Below, piece by piece: positions 39,388 to 52,826 of a DNA stretch of 64,000 nucleotides; positions within the stretch are counted from its first letter, which is position 1, and each line of letters starts with the position of its first letter. Made by a program: the position numbers and the translations under genes. Location of the stretch: assembly GCA_044892525.1 (NCBI GenBank), contig CM097885.1, positions 30,692,001-30,756,000 on the forward strand, in the 5' to 3' direction. Under the pieces are notes generated by a model, which saw only the letters and a program-made list of their open reading frames with translations, searched no databases and was not told the origin of the DNA. Source of the DNA: Schmidtea polychroa. Its lineage: Eukaryota.

Positions 39388-39492
39388 TTTTACAATAATT
39401 AAAAATATGATGTTTTATTTATACTAATACTGTATGATTTTGATTGGTTGATAGACTATAAATGTAAAAGAAAGGTTTTGATTTGATACACC

Positions 39493-39993
39493 ATGAAAAC
39501 TATATTCATATTGCTAATTATTATAACGAGTGTGTGCTCACACAATACAACAATAACAGTGGAGCCTTTTAATAAATCAATATGTGTTTGTCCGAATACA
39601 GCCAAGTTGATGGATATTTTATATATTCTCGATAAACCAAAATGGTCAAAGCATCCAGGAAAAAGAATATCTCAAAGATTGGAGAATTTAGAAAACAGTT
39701 ATGAACTAACATTTGAATATATACAAAATATAAAAATTAAATTGATTGATCATATTGAAGTTTTCAATAACTCTATTGCTGAAAATAAAAATAATATGAA
39801 AATTATTGATAAGAAGCATGATTATTTGTTAAAAAAGATTGAATTATTATTAAGAGAAATTCAAACAATCAAAGGATCAATAGAATATCTGAAAATCAAT
39901 TCAACGTTACCAATTTCAAACAATATTGCAGCGAATAGTAGTACATCAATATTTAGTTTACCTTTGTTAATTTTACATTATTTTATTGTTTAA
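39493..39993 (+). CDS. secreted or GPI-anchored coiled-coil protein
   Basis: Signal-peptide-like MKTIFILLIIITSVCS, heptad-rich middle, hydrophobic C-terminus after NSS. Confidence 0.65.
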   Translation: MKTIFILLIIITSVCSHNTTITVEPFNKSICVCPNTAKLMDILYILDKPKWSKHPGKRISQRLENLENSYELTFEYIQNIKIKLIDHIEVFNNSIAENKNNMKIIDKKHDYLLKKIELLLREIQTIKGSIEYLKINSTLPISNNIAANSSTSIFSLPLLILHYFIV

Positions 39994-40111
39994 ATAAATG
40001 TATGTTTTGTTGATTTGTTGATTTGTGAGTTGTTGAGCGTGACAGTACCCTAGTGAGCATTACCCATAGGGGGACAAAATATTTTGTCGGATAGACTCGG
40101 AGTATATAGAT

Positions 40112-40972
<861 letters not shown>

Positions 40973-41945
40973 GATATGAGAGTTCTTAAATATTACTTTT
41001 AATCAACAGTATAATTATAAATTATTTTTAATTAATTTTCAGGGTCTTTTTACGAATTTTATGACATTTATCTTGGAATTATTTCGACAAAATGTGAGTC
41101 CGATATATTTTTAATTATAATTAATTAAATAAATCAATCACCAAAAATATGTATTTTGTTAAAACATTTTGGGAAAACTCGCTGATTAAAATAATTTTTT
41201 TTCTGAGCTCAATATGAGGAGATTCTTTCTAGAAATCAAAAATGGATTGAAAAGATATTGAACCAAATTCATCTGCTCTTGATATTTTCATTAAAAATAT
41301 AATTTTAAAAATTTTCAACGATCTTTTTTTTCTAAAAATTGTCTAAACTAAAGTTATTATAGAAAGAAACGTATCTCATCGTTACATTTCTACGAATCAA
41401 AAGTTTGTATGTATTTTTAGTATGTGTTGCGTTTGTGTGCAGTTATTAATTTTCTTCCACTTTTCAGATTTCTATAGTATAAGATGTATCTCACTGAGCT
41501 ATAAATGAGAACATCAACGTGAAATCAAAGTAAGTATGTATGTTTCTATAATGTAAGATTATTGATTTTTTTTGTTATATTATAGGAAACGGTTCTCAGT
41601 GGTGTTTGGTGTATTTAGAAAGAAATTTCTTTAGCGATTTTTAATTGGCTTTTGCAGCACTTTATAAAGAAAGTATGTAATGTCAACAAAAATTTTCAAA
41701 TTTTAATGTAGATATACACTGTTGTAAATTGAATTTTGAAGTAATTTGATGAAGACTAGAGTTTAGTTGTTACACTAGTAACGTACATAAAACCTTGATT
41801 TGTTAATTATTTTAACAATTTATAACACAAAATCTAGTTTACAATTTCCCGTCTTCGCAAAATGCTCAATCACATTTTCAACATTTACTGCAATGTCTCT
41901 GTGTACATTAAGTATGGCTAATCCGACTAGTCTGTTTTCTGTCAT
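40973..41945. repeat. inner part of left arm of large inverted duplication
   Basis: Inverse of 42227-43232 apart from a ~30-bp indel. Confidence 0.95.
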
Positions 41946-42214
41946 GGTATGGTTAAATTTTATTACAGATTTATAATGGCATCATTTTATAATAAGTTAA
42001 GAGGAAAAGGAACCATCGTACAGGGTGGATTCAGACCTTCTAGTAAGGAGGGCCGATTTTTAGGTTTTAGTGGTAACCACAGGCAAACCCACAAATCGTA
42101 AAACTTGTTTACTTTTTTTTTCTTTGAGATTCATTATTATTGATTATAGAAACAACCTATAATACTTTTTATTATAAACTGATATTAAGACAGTAGAAGA
42201 ATGATGCTCAAACT

Positions 42215-42352
42215 TTGAGAACGCGAATGACAGAAAACAGACTAGTCGGATTAGCCATACTTAATGTACACAGAGACATTACAGTAAATGTTGAAAATGT
42301 GATTGAGCGTTTTGTGAAGTCGGGCAATTGTAAACTAGATTTTGTGTTATAA
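42215..42352 (+). pseudogene. hAT transposase dimerisation-domain fragment
   Basis: LRTRMTENRLVGLAILNVHRDITVNVENVIERF translated manually. Confidence 0.7.
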
Positions 42353-43686
42353 ATTGTTAAAATAATTAACAAATCAAGGTTTTATGTACGATACTAGTGT
42401 AACAACTAAACTCTCTAGTCTCCATCAAATGATTGTATTTCAAATTTTTTTAATTATTAATTACTTCAAAATTCAATTTACAACAGTGTATATCTACATT
42501 AAAATTTGAAAATTTTTGTTGACATTACATACTTTCTTTATAAAGTGCTGCAAAAGCCAATTAAAAATCGCTAAAGAAATTTCTTTCTAAATACACCAAA
42601 CACCACTGAGAACCGTTTCCTATAATATAACAAAAAAAATCAATAATCTTACATTATAGAAACATACATACTTACTTTGATTTCACGTTGATGTTCTCAT
42701 TTATAGCTCAGTGAGATACATCTTATACTATAGAAATCTGAAAAGTGGAAGAAAATTAATAACTGCACACAAACGCAACACATACTAAAAATACATACAA
42801 ACTTTTGATTCGTAGAAATGTAACGATGAGATACGTTTCTTTCTATAATAACTTTAGTTTAGACAATTTTTAGAAAAAAAAGATCGTTGAAAATTTTTAA
42901 AATTATATTTTTAATGAAAATATCAAGAGCAGATGAATTTGGTTCAATATCTTTTCAATCCATTTTTGATTTCTAGAAAGAATCTCCTCATATTGAGCTC
43001 AGAAAAAAAATTATTTTAATCAGCGATTTTTCCCAAAATGTTTTAAAAAAATACATATTTTTGGTGATTGATTTATTTAATTAATTATAATTAAAAATAT
43101 ATCGGACTCACATTTTGTCGAAATAATTCCAAGATAAATGTCATAAAATTCGTAAAAAGACCCTGAAAATTAATTAAAAATAATTTATAATTATACTGTT
43201 GATTAAAAGTAATATTTAAGAACTCTCATATCTCATATGGATCAGAATTCAAGTCTTAAAATTTACTTTAAATAAAAAAAATTACTTGAAAGCCATTTGT
43301 AAAATGACTAAAATAAATTTCCAAATAAATTTCAAATTCATGAAAAATGAATAAATGTGATGATGAGTAAATCGGTGAGTGAATAGGTGAGAGAAATTGC
43401 TCTACACGCCAACTACCACTATAGAGAACGTGGTATTTGGTGTAATATAAGGGGGCGATCGCCCAATCACCTCCATATTGATCCGCCACTGCCATTGTAC
43501 GATGGACTACAGAAAAAATAAAAATCGAATAAATGCATCAAGACAGTTTGAATAAAATAAAATTTTCCTCAGAATGGGAATTTCCTTATTAATTTTCCAT
43601 ATTATGATTGCGTAATTAACAGCTAGTCTATATAAGCTTTCCCCTTTATCATCATTACTCACATCCAATTAAAACAATAAATAACA

Positions 43687-44355
43687 ATGATCCATTCTGA
43701 AAATTTATGGGTGACCGACCAGCACGGTTACACATTAAGTGAAAATAAAGTTTGTGAAATTGAAGGTGAGTGCTCAATATGTCTTGAAGAATTGGATTAT
43801 TCTTCGAATATTGTCAGACCTGAGTGCTGTGATAAACATTATTATCACCATCATTGTATGATACAATTGATTTCTTCCGATTTCTTTGATGTCAAATGTC
43901 CGTTGGACAGGTGTCCGTTTAGAAGCTTTTTATATTACAACATTCTCGACAAACATCAAATCATTCGAACTGAAGTCTTTTGGTATAAGTCTGACCTTCA
44001 AATCATTTTACTATTCAGTCATTTCCTTTTTGAGAAATATATCGGTACAAATGTCCACTCTTATGAAACCGACCTCGATTCGACTACCATCAATATTGTT
44101 TGTCACAAAAATTTATTCCAATCACTCCACATAGATGCTGAAAAGAATGAGTTGATTAAATTACCTATGGCGTCCTTAAAAGTTTCAAAAGATAGTTATT
44201 GGAATCTGTCTCTCAAGAAAAAATATCATAGAAATATTATCGGATCAAATTATCAAATGAATATGACAGGAAATATGCGCCATTTGACCATGTCATTTTA
44301 CACAAAAGGCTATGAAAACCTCATTGAACTATTATTATCTGACATTGGGTTGTAA
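43687..44355 (+). CDS. intronless RING-H2 finger protein (copy 2)
   Basis: Near-identical to 7235-7903. Confidence 0.75.
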   Translation: MIHSENLWVTDQHGYTLSENKVCEIEGECSICLEELDYSSNIVRPECCDKHYYHHHCMIQLISSDFFDVKCPLDRCPFRSFLYYNILDKHQIIRTEVFWYKSDLQIILLFSHFLFEKYIGTNVHSYETDLDSTTINIVCHKNLFQSLHIDAEKNELIKLPMASLKVSKDSYWNLSLKKKYHRNIIGSNYQMNMTGNMRHLTMSFYTKGYENLIELLLSDIGL

Positions 44356-44591
44356 ATATGTTTTTGATGAGAGGTCGAATTAGATAATACAATATTTTGT
44401 TAAATATATTTTAATAATTTTATAATGTTTGTCCTTTGTTTTATTCATCAATTAATTAGTGCGGTAGTGGCGCATAAATCATTTCCGCAATTGGCCAATC
44501 ATATTCCACAACTGTTGCGTAATAATGATAATATTTTATATCCGCAAATTTATTTGTTTATCTATTAATTAATTACCATCATATTCAAGAA

Positions 44592-44816
44592 ATGTTCAAA
44601 AGTTTATCTCAGTTATTTCAATGGATTTGTTGTCGCAAACAAAATGTTTCATGTGAAAATGAAAGTCTCCTTTATCCGACAGATTCCAGCAATAAAATAT
44701 CATCATTCGTGGTGAGCAATCTGGATCTATCAGAAGGTTTCAGCCTGATTCCGATTCAATCGGAAGATCCAGATTGGAATATTTTATTTTCTCCGTTAAT
44801 TACAGATCAAGATTGA
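44592..44816 (+). CDS. 74-aa hypothetical protein (copy 2)
   Basis: Near-identical to 6774-6998. Confidence 0.4.
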   Translation: MFKSLSQLFQWICCRKQNVSCENESLLYPTDSSNKISSFVVSNLDLSEGFSLIPIQSEDPDWNILFSPLITDQD

Positions 44817-45112
44817 ATATCGCCTCTTTCGAGATTGTCAAATTTGGCAATTTTGTTACCTAAAATAAATGATTGATTCACTAATTAATTAATTTGTATT
44901 TTCCCAATAACGCACTCTGAGGAGACATATTAAATTTAAATTAATTTATTTGTTTTTACCTTTCTCCAAAAAATATTTATTTTAAAATTTTAAAGTTTTC
45001 ATTAAATTTTGCTCAAATATTTTGATTTTCCATCTTTTGAGTTTAAATTAATCAATCTAAACTTTAATTTTTAAAATTTTCAATTTAAAAATTTCTTCAT
45101 CATAAAACTTCC

Positions 45113-48100
45113 TCATATCCCCCTTCTTAAGAAATTTTTAAGTTTTTCCACATTTCTTTCGATCCTTTTTCCATCTTCATTTCTTAAGATGTATCGTCTG
45201 TCATGCATTTTCTCTATCACTTTGTACGGACCTTCATACCTGTCCTGGGCTTTGTGGCGTGTTTCTACTTTTACTAATACTTCTTCTCCTACATTGAATT
45301 TTCTCCTTGTTTGTTCTTCTAGTTCTTCCTTTATCGGTATTTCTTTGGACCCGTACCATTTTTCCCTGCTAATCTTTTTACCAAAAACTATCTCTGCCGG
45401 GCTTTTCCCTGTCGTTTTTTGTTTGGTTGCATTTAAAGTGAATTCGACTTCTGGTAATATCTCTGCCCAATCCGTCTTCTTTCTATCCTGTAAAGTAGCA
45501 TTTATCAAATCCCGTATTGTCCTGAATTGTCTTTCTATCTGACCGTTTGTTTGGTGATGGTATGGACTCGAAAAACATAATTTAATATCTAGCATCTTTG
45601 TGAATTCTCTCATCATTCCTGATTCAAACGCCTTTCCGCAATCAACTCTTATCTCCTTTGGGCATCCAAATCTTAAAATCCACTTTTCTAAAATCGTTTT
45701 CTTTATTGTTTCTTCGTCTTGTTTTGTTATCGCTGTCAAGACTTGATACTTACTATACTGATCTATTATGCCCAATATATACTTCTTACGTCCTTTTGTT
45801 TCTGTCAACGGTCCACATATATCCACGAATATAATTTCGAACATTTCCTTCGAATCTTGTCTTTTTACTGGTTCTTTCGTTGTTATTGTTAAAGCCTTGG
45901 TTTTTTGACAAATCTCACAACTTCGAACAATCTCCTGAATCTTACTCCACAGGTGTTTTCCAACATATCTATCTTTCATATAATCGGCTATCTTCTCGAC
46001 TCCAGCATGACACAATAGTCTATGTATTTCCTTTATTGTTTCTTGTAACTCATTTTCAGGTATCATCGTTTTCTTTCGTGCTTCTTCCTTCTTCTCTGAT
46101 CGAGTCTAGTAATCTGGTTTTTATCTTTCCTTTCTTAGCTTCTTCGTGGGACATTTGACATTGAACACACGTGTCACATTTAGTTCTCGAAACCATGTCT
46201 GCATTTTGGTGATTAATACCCTTTCTGTATTCTACTCTTATATCTAAACTGCTCAAATAATTGATCCATGTTTGGAATTGTGAAGTAATCGGCTTCTTGG
46301 TTGTCATCATAAACGTGATTGCCTTGTGGTCTGTCCTGAGCGTGAATCTTCTTCCGTAGAGATAGTGCTTAAAATGAATGCAAAAATAATATACCGCCAA
46401 TAGTTCCTTTCTTGTAATACAATATCCTTTCTCGTGGCTCGTCATCGAGTGTGATCCATACGCAATTACTCTTTCCTTTCCATCTTTATCTCTTTGTGAA
46501 AGTACTGCTCCAATGGTATCGAAACTAGCGTCGGTATCTAAAATGAACTCCTTTTTCAGATCCGGAAAACATAAGATTGGCGCCGTCGTGAGTGCTAATT
46601 TCAATCCCTCAAACACGCTATTCGTTCCTTCACTCCATTCTAATTTTTTGTTACTTGGTCCGCTACATAATTGTTCTAACATCCTTGCCTTCTTTGCATA
46701 ATCACTGATGAATCTTCTATAATAATTGCAAATACCTAAAAAGCTTCGGAGTTTCTTTACGCAATTAGGCTTCCCAAAGTTCTGTATGGCCTGAATTTTA
46801 GATGGATCTGTCTGTACTCCTTCCTTGCTGATTATGTGTCCTAAGAATCTGATTTCTTCCTTTATTATTTGGCATTTTTCTGGATTAATCCTTAGGCCTG
46901 CTTCCTCAATCGCCTTTAACACTTCTCCGAGCATTGTATAGTGTTTATCTTTACTGCTTGAATAAATCAAGATGTCGTCCAAATACACCATTGCTCCCTT
47001 TATTTTGCCTAATACTTTTGTCATCATTTCTTGGAACGTACCTGGTGCTGCTGCAATTCCAAACGGCATTCTGTTGAAACAATATTGTCCGTTCTTTGTT
47101 GAGAAAGCTGTTTTCTCCCGTGATTCTTCTTCTAGTTCCACTTGGTAATATGCATTATCTAGATCGATTGAACTGAAAAAGACGGATTCTCCTAACAAAT
47201 CCAACATCTCGTCTATGTTTGGCATTGGAAATGCCTGCCTCTCTGTTACCGCGTTCAGCTGTCTAAAGTCCAAGCATAGTCTAATATCCTTTTTCTCCTT
47301 TTTCCATACACATATTAGCGGTGTATTCCATGGAGAGTTACATTTCCGTATAATTCCATTTTCGTACAAATTTTGTATTGCTTCTTCAATCTTTGATTCC
47401 AAATTTAGTGGTTGGCGATATGGTTTTATGTTTATCGGCTCACCTCTTGTAACTATCTTGTGTTTTACCAAATGTGTGCGACCCACATCCAATTTATCTG
47501 CCATAAACACGTTTCCACTGTTTGTTATAATTTCCTTTAATTTGCTATCTTCATTGATCTTTAACTGTTCCAACTCTCGTATCAATCGTTCTTCATCCTT
47601 TATTTTTCTGCCAAATTTTGCTTCAATGTTACAAATATAGTTCTTGTCTTTTTCACTAGCCTCGATATCTTTAATTTTTAACAGTCTAAATCCAAATGTT
47701 TCTTGTAATTCGATTCCTCCAATCACGTCTGGTGTCCCTTTCTCCGCCACAACGAATATAACTTCCTTCGAAACATTTCCAATGGTTACTTGCACCTTCG
47801 TTTTTCCTATTGTCTCGATCGTACTCTCGTTTGCGCATCGTAACTTATCGTCACTTTTCGTCAATTGTTGTCCTCGTAGCTTGTTGAAACAGTTCACACT
47901 CATTACATTGATTCTTGCCACAGTGTCTAATAAACAGTCGAAATTTTCCCCATTCATCCTTACTGTTATATTAGGCCTTCATTGCATTCTGTTATACAAA
48001 ATTTCAACAACCTGCTCCGTTTCAATGGTTCCAATTCTTTCCACTTCCTCTTCAAACATTTCTCTCTTTAGGAACCTGTATATTTTCTCGCTTACCCTTC

Positions 48101-48150
48101 CAACATTCTCCCACTTTTCTGCCCCTTGAGGATATCCCATCAAATTTTCT
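45113..48150 (-). pseudogene. Gypsy pol (PR-RT-RH-IN), frameshifted near 46060
   Basis: LLDTVA, YLDDILI, DTDAS, HHCC region and GQIERQF motifs. Confidence 0.92.
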
Positions 48151-48151
48151 G

Positions 48152-49198
48152 TTAGAATATGGCTCCAACCAACTCCTCTACTGGTGGAGCCCTGTTGTTT
48201 GGGTACGTCTTCCTAAAATTATCTTCATTTGTCACTACACACGATTCCCTTTCTTCTTCTTCCTCGATACCATTTATCCGACTGTATCTGTTTCCCGTGA
48301 ATCTTTGTCTCTCCGTCGCTCTCCCGTACCTCATCTTTGTATAACACTCCTCGGATCTATGACCATTTCTGCTACATCTTTCACAACGTATTTCCTGACA
48401 CAATCTTCTTATATGACCTTCTTTCCCACACCCAAAACATCTTGGAGCTTTTTTATCTGGACAGTTTCTACTTATATGTCCGCTTCTATGACATGTCCAG
48501 CATTCTATTTTACCTTTTATTGGACAATCAATTTTCGTGTGTCCTATTTTGTGGCATAACCAGCATTCTGGCATTTCTCTTCGGATACTTTCTTCTCTCT
48601 GTTCTTTCTTCTTGTATTGTACTCTTCCCTGTGGTTCCTGATAGACCACTCTGGCGTAACTTTTCATACTGTTTATCTGCTCTCTTTGCTTGTCTACTTT
48701 GTCCATCAGAGTTAGTGTTTCCTTTATTTCTTCTGTGCTTTTTATCTTCCGTAGTATCACTTCTTTCTCAACTTCATTATTCTCCGCACATACTATTAAC
48801 ATCCTTGCTGTTAATTTCTCTTTGGTAAATTCTTTATTTTCGAACAACCTATCAACAAGGTCCTCCACCTTTTTAAAATACGTTTCTAGTTCTTCACCCT
48901 TCCGCTTGTAATTCAACAAGTTTTGTAGATCCTTTGAAACATCTCTTTCACGATCGAATGCCAATCGCAACCTAGCCTGGAATCCTTCGGCTTTTTTCAG
49001 TGTTTTGGCGTACACTTCCAGGAGATCCTCATCAATCATGCAAGATGTTAATCTTTCCTGGTCTTTCTTCTGCGTGATTCCCTTGGCGTCGAAATAAATT
49101 TCGCATCTTTTAATGAACTTTTCCAAATCGTCCCCTTGGCAGAATACCTTTGGTAGCAATCTTTCGGTGATTGCGTCCGTGTTTACCGCTGCCACCAT
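48152..49198 (-). CDS. Gypsy gag with four CCHC zinc knuckles
   Basis: CWLCHKIGHTKIDC, CWTCHRSGHISRNC, CFGCGKEGHIRRLC, CERCSRNGHRSEEC. Confidence 0.92.
   Translation of the reverse strand: MVAAVNTDAITERLLPKVFCQGDDLEKFIKRCEIYFDAKGITQKKDQERLTSCMIDEDLLEVYAKTLKKAEGFQARLRLAFDRERDVSKDLQNLLNYKRKGEELETYFKKVEDLVDRLFENKEFTKEKLTARMLIVCAENNEVEKEVILRKIKSTEEIKETLTLMDKVDKQREQINSMKSYARVVYQEPQGRVQYKKKEQREESIRREMPECWLCHKIGHTKIDCPIKGKIECWTCHRSGHISRNCPDKKAPRCFGCGKEGHIRRLCQEIRCERCSRNGHRSEECYTKMRYGRATERQRFTGNRYSRINGIEEEEERESCVVTNEDNFRKTYPNNRAPPVEELVGAIF
49185..49197 (-). promoter_or_regulatory. primer binding site, tRNA-Leu-like
   Basis: TGGTGGCAGCGGT is complementary to the typical metazoan tRNA-Leu 3' end ACCGCTGCCACCA. 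Confidence 0.7.
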
Positions 49199-50151
49199 AT
49201 TAGGAGGTTCATCCTGTAAAACATTAAAATCAGTTTTTGTTTCCATAAATTTTATTTCAATAAATATCAAAATCAAATTATATCTTCTTTAAACTTCCTT
49301 ATTTAAACAAATTTTCTACGAAGATATTTTTAATTAAAATATCTTCTTATTTTGTTTTTTTAAAAATCAATCTAAACTTTAATTTTTAAAATTTTCAATT
49401 TAAAAATTTCTTCATCATAAAACTTCCTCATAGTGCTATTACTTCAGTTTAATATAAATTGTGATACAAGTTTAGATAGAGGACAACAAAAAATATGAAT
49501 AGTTTTTTAGATTTTAAATCTGGTACTGAGAAATGTGTGTACTAAAAGAAAACAAAAATTTGTTTTGACAACACTATTGTTCACTCATTGCGTGGTAACA
49601 AGGAACAAAAATAGAGTGTTTCTTAACCTTTACGAGATACTTCTTAAAATTCAAAAGTTATTAACCATAACGTTAATTTACTTTCATTTTGGGTTTCAAT
49701 TTTATTTAATTTCACCCGTCCACAGGAATCAGCGATTCTTTTGTTGATTTAACTGCATTGGAAATAAAATTCAAAAGAGATCAAATTGCGAAACATTAGA
49801 ACAAACTGGTTCTAAGCGATCGGCCAAAATCCGGGTATTCACACAAGTGTCCTATCTAATTCTATCAGCGCTGAGGTAACCACTAAGTCCCAGCGTGTGA
49901 CATCTTAACCATCTAAAGACGGTTTGAACAACCGATTTCTATCTTAGATCAAGTGGCATTTTTGGTACACTTACTTTGTAAAACTCATTATATAACTTAA
50001 ATTATTTATTCATAAACACTCTTTGGACTTATTCATTTAAAAATATATTTACATCTATACATTTATATTTATTATAAGAACTTTTTTTCCAATTTCACCA
50101 CTGATTTTTTTTCCATTTTATTTTATTTATTTAAAAATTATAAAATATATA

Positions 50152-51283
50152 CAGTAGCGCAACCAGGGGGGTGCGAGGATGCGGACCGCACCAGGTGACA
50201 CCAAAATACAAAATATCACTGTCAATGATTCTATGTCCATGAAATTAGAATGGCGGCGATGACGCGCACATTTTCCAGAGGTCCGCTTTGGCGTGCCTAT
50301 CCCGGTGCAACCTCTTCTTTTGGTGTGATGTTAAGTTAATCTTATACAGCTTTAGACTCTTGACAAGGTGGTGATAAAGCTAGAGACGCTAAGAAATTTT
50401 ATGTACGAGCAGTGTAATCATCTTGCGGAGCAGATAATTGAATAAGCGCCTTGAAAATCAGACCAATATGGAATGTCAGGTCCAAGAAGAGGATGACAGG
50501 CGAGAAGACAAGAGATGCTGGACTAACTCTGCAAGATCATATCAAGAATCTTCAAGGAACTAGCAGCCGTGCTTAAGGCTGTTCAAACCAAGAGTTTGAT
50601 ATTTGACACCGAAGAAGAGTTACTGGTGTCTATTCCAAAATTGACCACTTTCTATGATGTTATCAGAGGAAAAGCTTTTATTAGAAATACCAAGGCTGGC
50701 AAGGCACATGAAGGAAGCAGAGATTGATCTCGAAGAAGCCAAAGACTGGTCAATACTTGAAGTTTTGAAATTCAAAGCTGAATGGGACTTCCTAGAATTT
50801 CTCCAATATCTCTCAGTGAGCCTACAATTATTTCTTAAGATCTGTGTGTGTGTGGCTTCATGTGAGAGGAATTTTTCAGATAAAGTTTATAAATAATTAT
50901 TTGCGATCTACCATGGTACAGTCAAGGCTTTCTGATCTTGCAATATTATCAATTGAAAGTGATTTGGCGAAAGAGGTTGATTTCGATGAAGTAATTGACA
51001 AGTTTGCAGCTCTAAAGGCCAGGAAATGAAATTCCTAGTTTAGCCAAGATTTAATATGACATAAAATTAACTTCTTACAGTCTTTTACCAACCGACCTTG
51101 AATTAAATTTTTCTTCTATTGACTTTGTAAATATAGGACCTATATTTATAAACGTTACTAAGAATTCTGTATGTTTCCGTTATTTGCCACTGGCGGACTC
51201 GGAGGAGGTCTAAAGGATGTCGTGAAGGGGGTTGACACCATGAGTTACCGCACTGGGTGACACCAACCCTAGTGACGCCAGTG
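50152..51283 (+). mobile_element. degenerate hAT element with transposase C-terminal remnant
   Basis: Imperfect TIRs CAGTAGCGCAACCAGGG / CCCTAGTGACGCCAGTG; VASCERNFS and LRSTMVQSRLSDLAILSIE motifs; no clear TSD. Confidence 0.75.
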
Positions 51284-51514
51284 TTCATAATACTTGGTTT
51301 TCTCACAACTTCAATAAAGTGAACTTTACTGAAAGAGAATTAGTTTTAGACAAAATGAGTTAGAAATATTTTTCCTAAAAATTTAAATTTCCTTATTTGT
51401 ATGAGTTTCCATGCTCAATATACAGAAATTGCCGATTGCATAATCAACAGCTAGTCTATATAAGCTTTCCCCTTTATCATCATTACTCACATCCAATTAA
51501 AACAATATATAACA

Positions 51515-52102
51515 ATGATCCATACTGAAAATCCATGCATGACCGACCAGTACGGTTACACATTAAGTGAAAATGAAGTTTGTGAAATCGAAGGTGAGTG
51601 CTCAATATGTCTTGAAGAATTGGATTATTCCTCGAATATTGTCAGACCTGGGTGCTGTGATAAACATTATTATCACCATCATTGTATGATAAAACTGATT
51701 TCTTCCGATTTCTTTGATGTCAAATGTCCGTTGGACAGGTGTCCGTTTAGAAGCTATTTGTATTACAACATTCTCGACAAACATCAAATCATTCGAACTG
51801 AAGTCTTTTGGTATAAGTCTGACCTTCAAATCATTCTACTATTCAGTCATTTCCTCTCTAAGAAATATATCGGTACAAATGTTCATTCTTATGAAACCGA
51901 CCTCGATTCGACTACCATCAATATTGTTTGTCACAAAAATTTATTCCAATCACTGTCTCTCAAGAAAAAATATCATAGAAATATTATCGGATCAAATTAT
52001 CAAATGAATATGACAGGAAACATGCGCCATTTGACCATGTCATTTTACACAAATGGCTATGAAAACCTCATTGAACTATTATTATCTGACATTGGGTTGT
52101 AA
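51515..52102 (+). CDS. RING-H2 finger protein (copy 3, 81-bp in-frame deletion)
   Basis: Same as copies 1 and 2 minus 27 aa. Confidence 0.7.
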   Translation: MIHTENPCMTDQYGYTLSENEVCEIEGECSICLEELDYSSNIVRPGCCDKHYYHHHCMIKLISSDFFDVKCPLDRCPFRSYLYYNILDKHQIIRTEVFWYKSDLQIILLFSHFLSKKYIGTNVHSYETDLDSTTINIVCHKNLFQSLSLKKKYHRNIIGSNYQMNMTGNMRHLTMSFYTNGYENLIELLLSDIGL

Positions 52103-52338
52103 ATATGTTTTTGATGAGAGGTCGAATTAGATAATACAATATTTTGTTAAATATATTTTAATAATTTTATAATGTTTGTCCTTTGTTTTATTCATCAATT
52201 AATTAGTGCGGTAGTGGCGCATAAATCATTTCCGCAATTGGCCAATCATATTCCACAACTGTTGCGTAATAATGATAATATTTTATATCCGCAAATTTAT
52301 TTGTTTATCTATTAATTAATTACCATCATATTCAAGAA

Positions 52339-52563
52339 ATGTTCAAAAGTTTATCTCAGTTATTTCAATGGATTTGTTGTCGCAAACAAAATGTTTCATG
52401 TGAAAATGAAAGTCTCCTTTATCCGACAGATTCCAGCAATAAAATATCATCATTCGTGGTGAGCAATCTGGATCTATCAGAAGGTTTCAGCCTGATTCCG
52501 ATTCAATCGGAAGATCCAGATTGGAATATTTTATTTTCTCCGCTGATTAAAGATCAAGATTGA
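52339..52563 (+). CDS. 74-aa hypothetical protein (copy 3)
   Basis: Near-identical to the other copies. Confidence 0.4.
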   Translation: MFKSLSQLFQWICCRKQNVSCENESLLYPTDSSNKISSFVVSNLDLSEGFSLIPIQSEDPDWNILFSPLIKDQD

Positions 52564-52731
52564 ATCTCGTTTAATAAAATAAATAAATAATATATAAATA
52601 TTTTTTTACAAATGTACCTCGGATAACGGTTTATTTCACCTAGCAGTCACAACCATTGCCTGAGGTGCAAGTGCGCAGGGACTAGGAAAAGATTATTTCT
52701 GGCCCGTTATCGTAATATTCTTAGATAATGT

Positions 52732-52826
<95 letters not shown>

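Larger units (their letters stand above)
42227..45052. repeat. right arm of large inverted duplication (uninterrupted)
   Basis: Contains the empty site ...CATATGA-GATATG-AGAG... on the minus strand near 43225-43240. Confidence 0.95.
45050..49430 (-). mobile_element. Ty3/Gypsy LTR retrotransposon; 5' LTR ~49200-49430, 3' LTR truncated (45050-45115)
   Basis: gag with CCHC knuckles, then protease, RT (YLDD), RNase H, integrase; PPT AAGAAGGGGGA before the 3' LTR; 66-bp direct repeat 45050-45115 = 49365-49430. Confidence 0.95.

Noticed and set aside
47215..48911. Plus-strand ORFs opposite Gypsy and Polinton genes
   Set aside because: Antisense shadows without independent evidence
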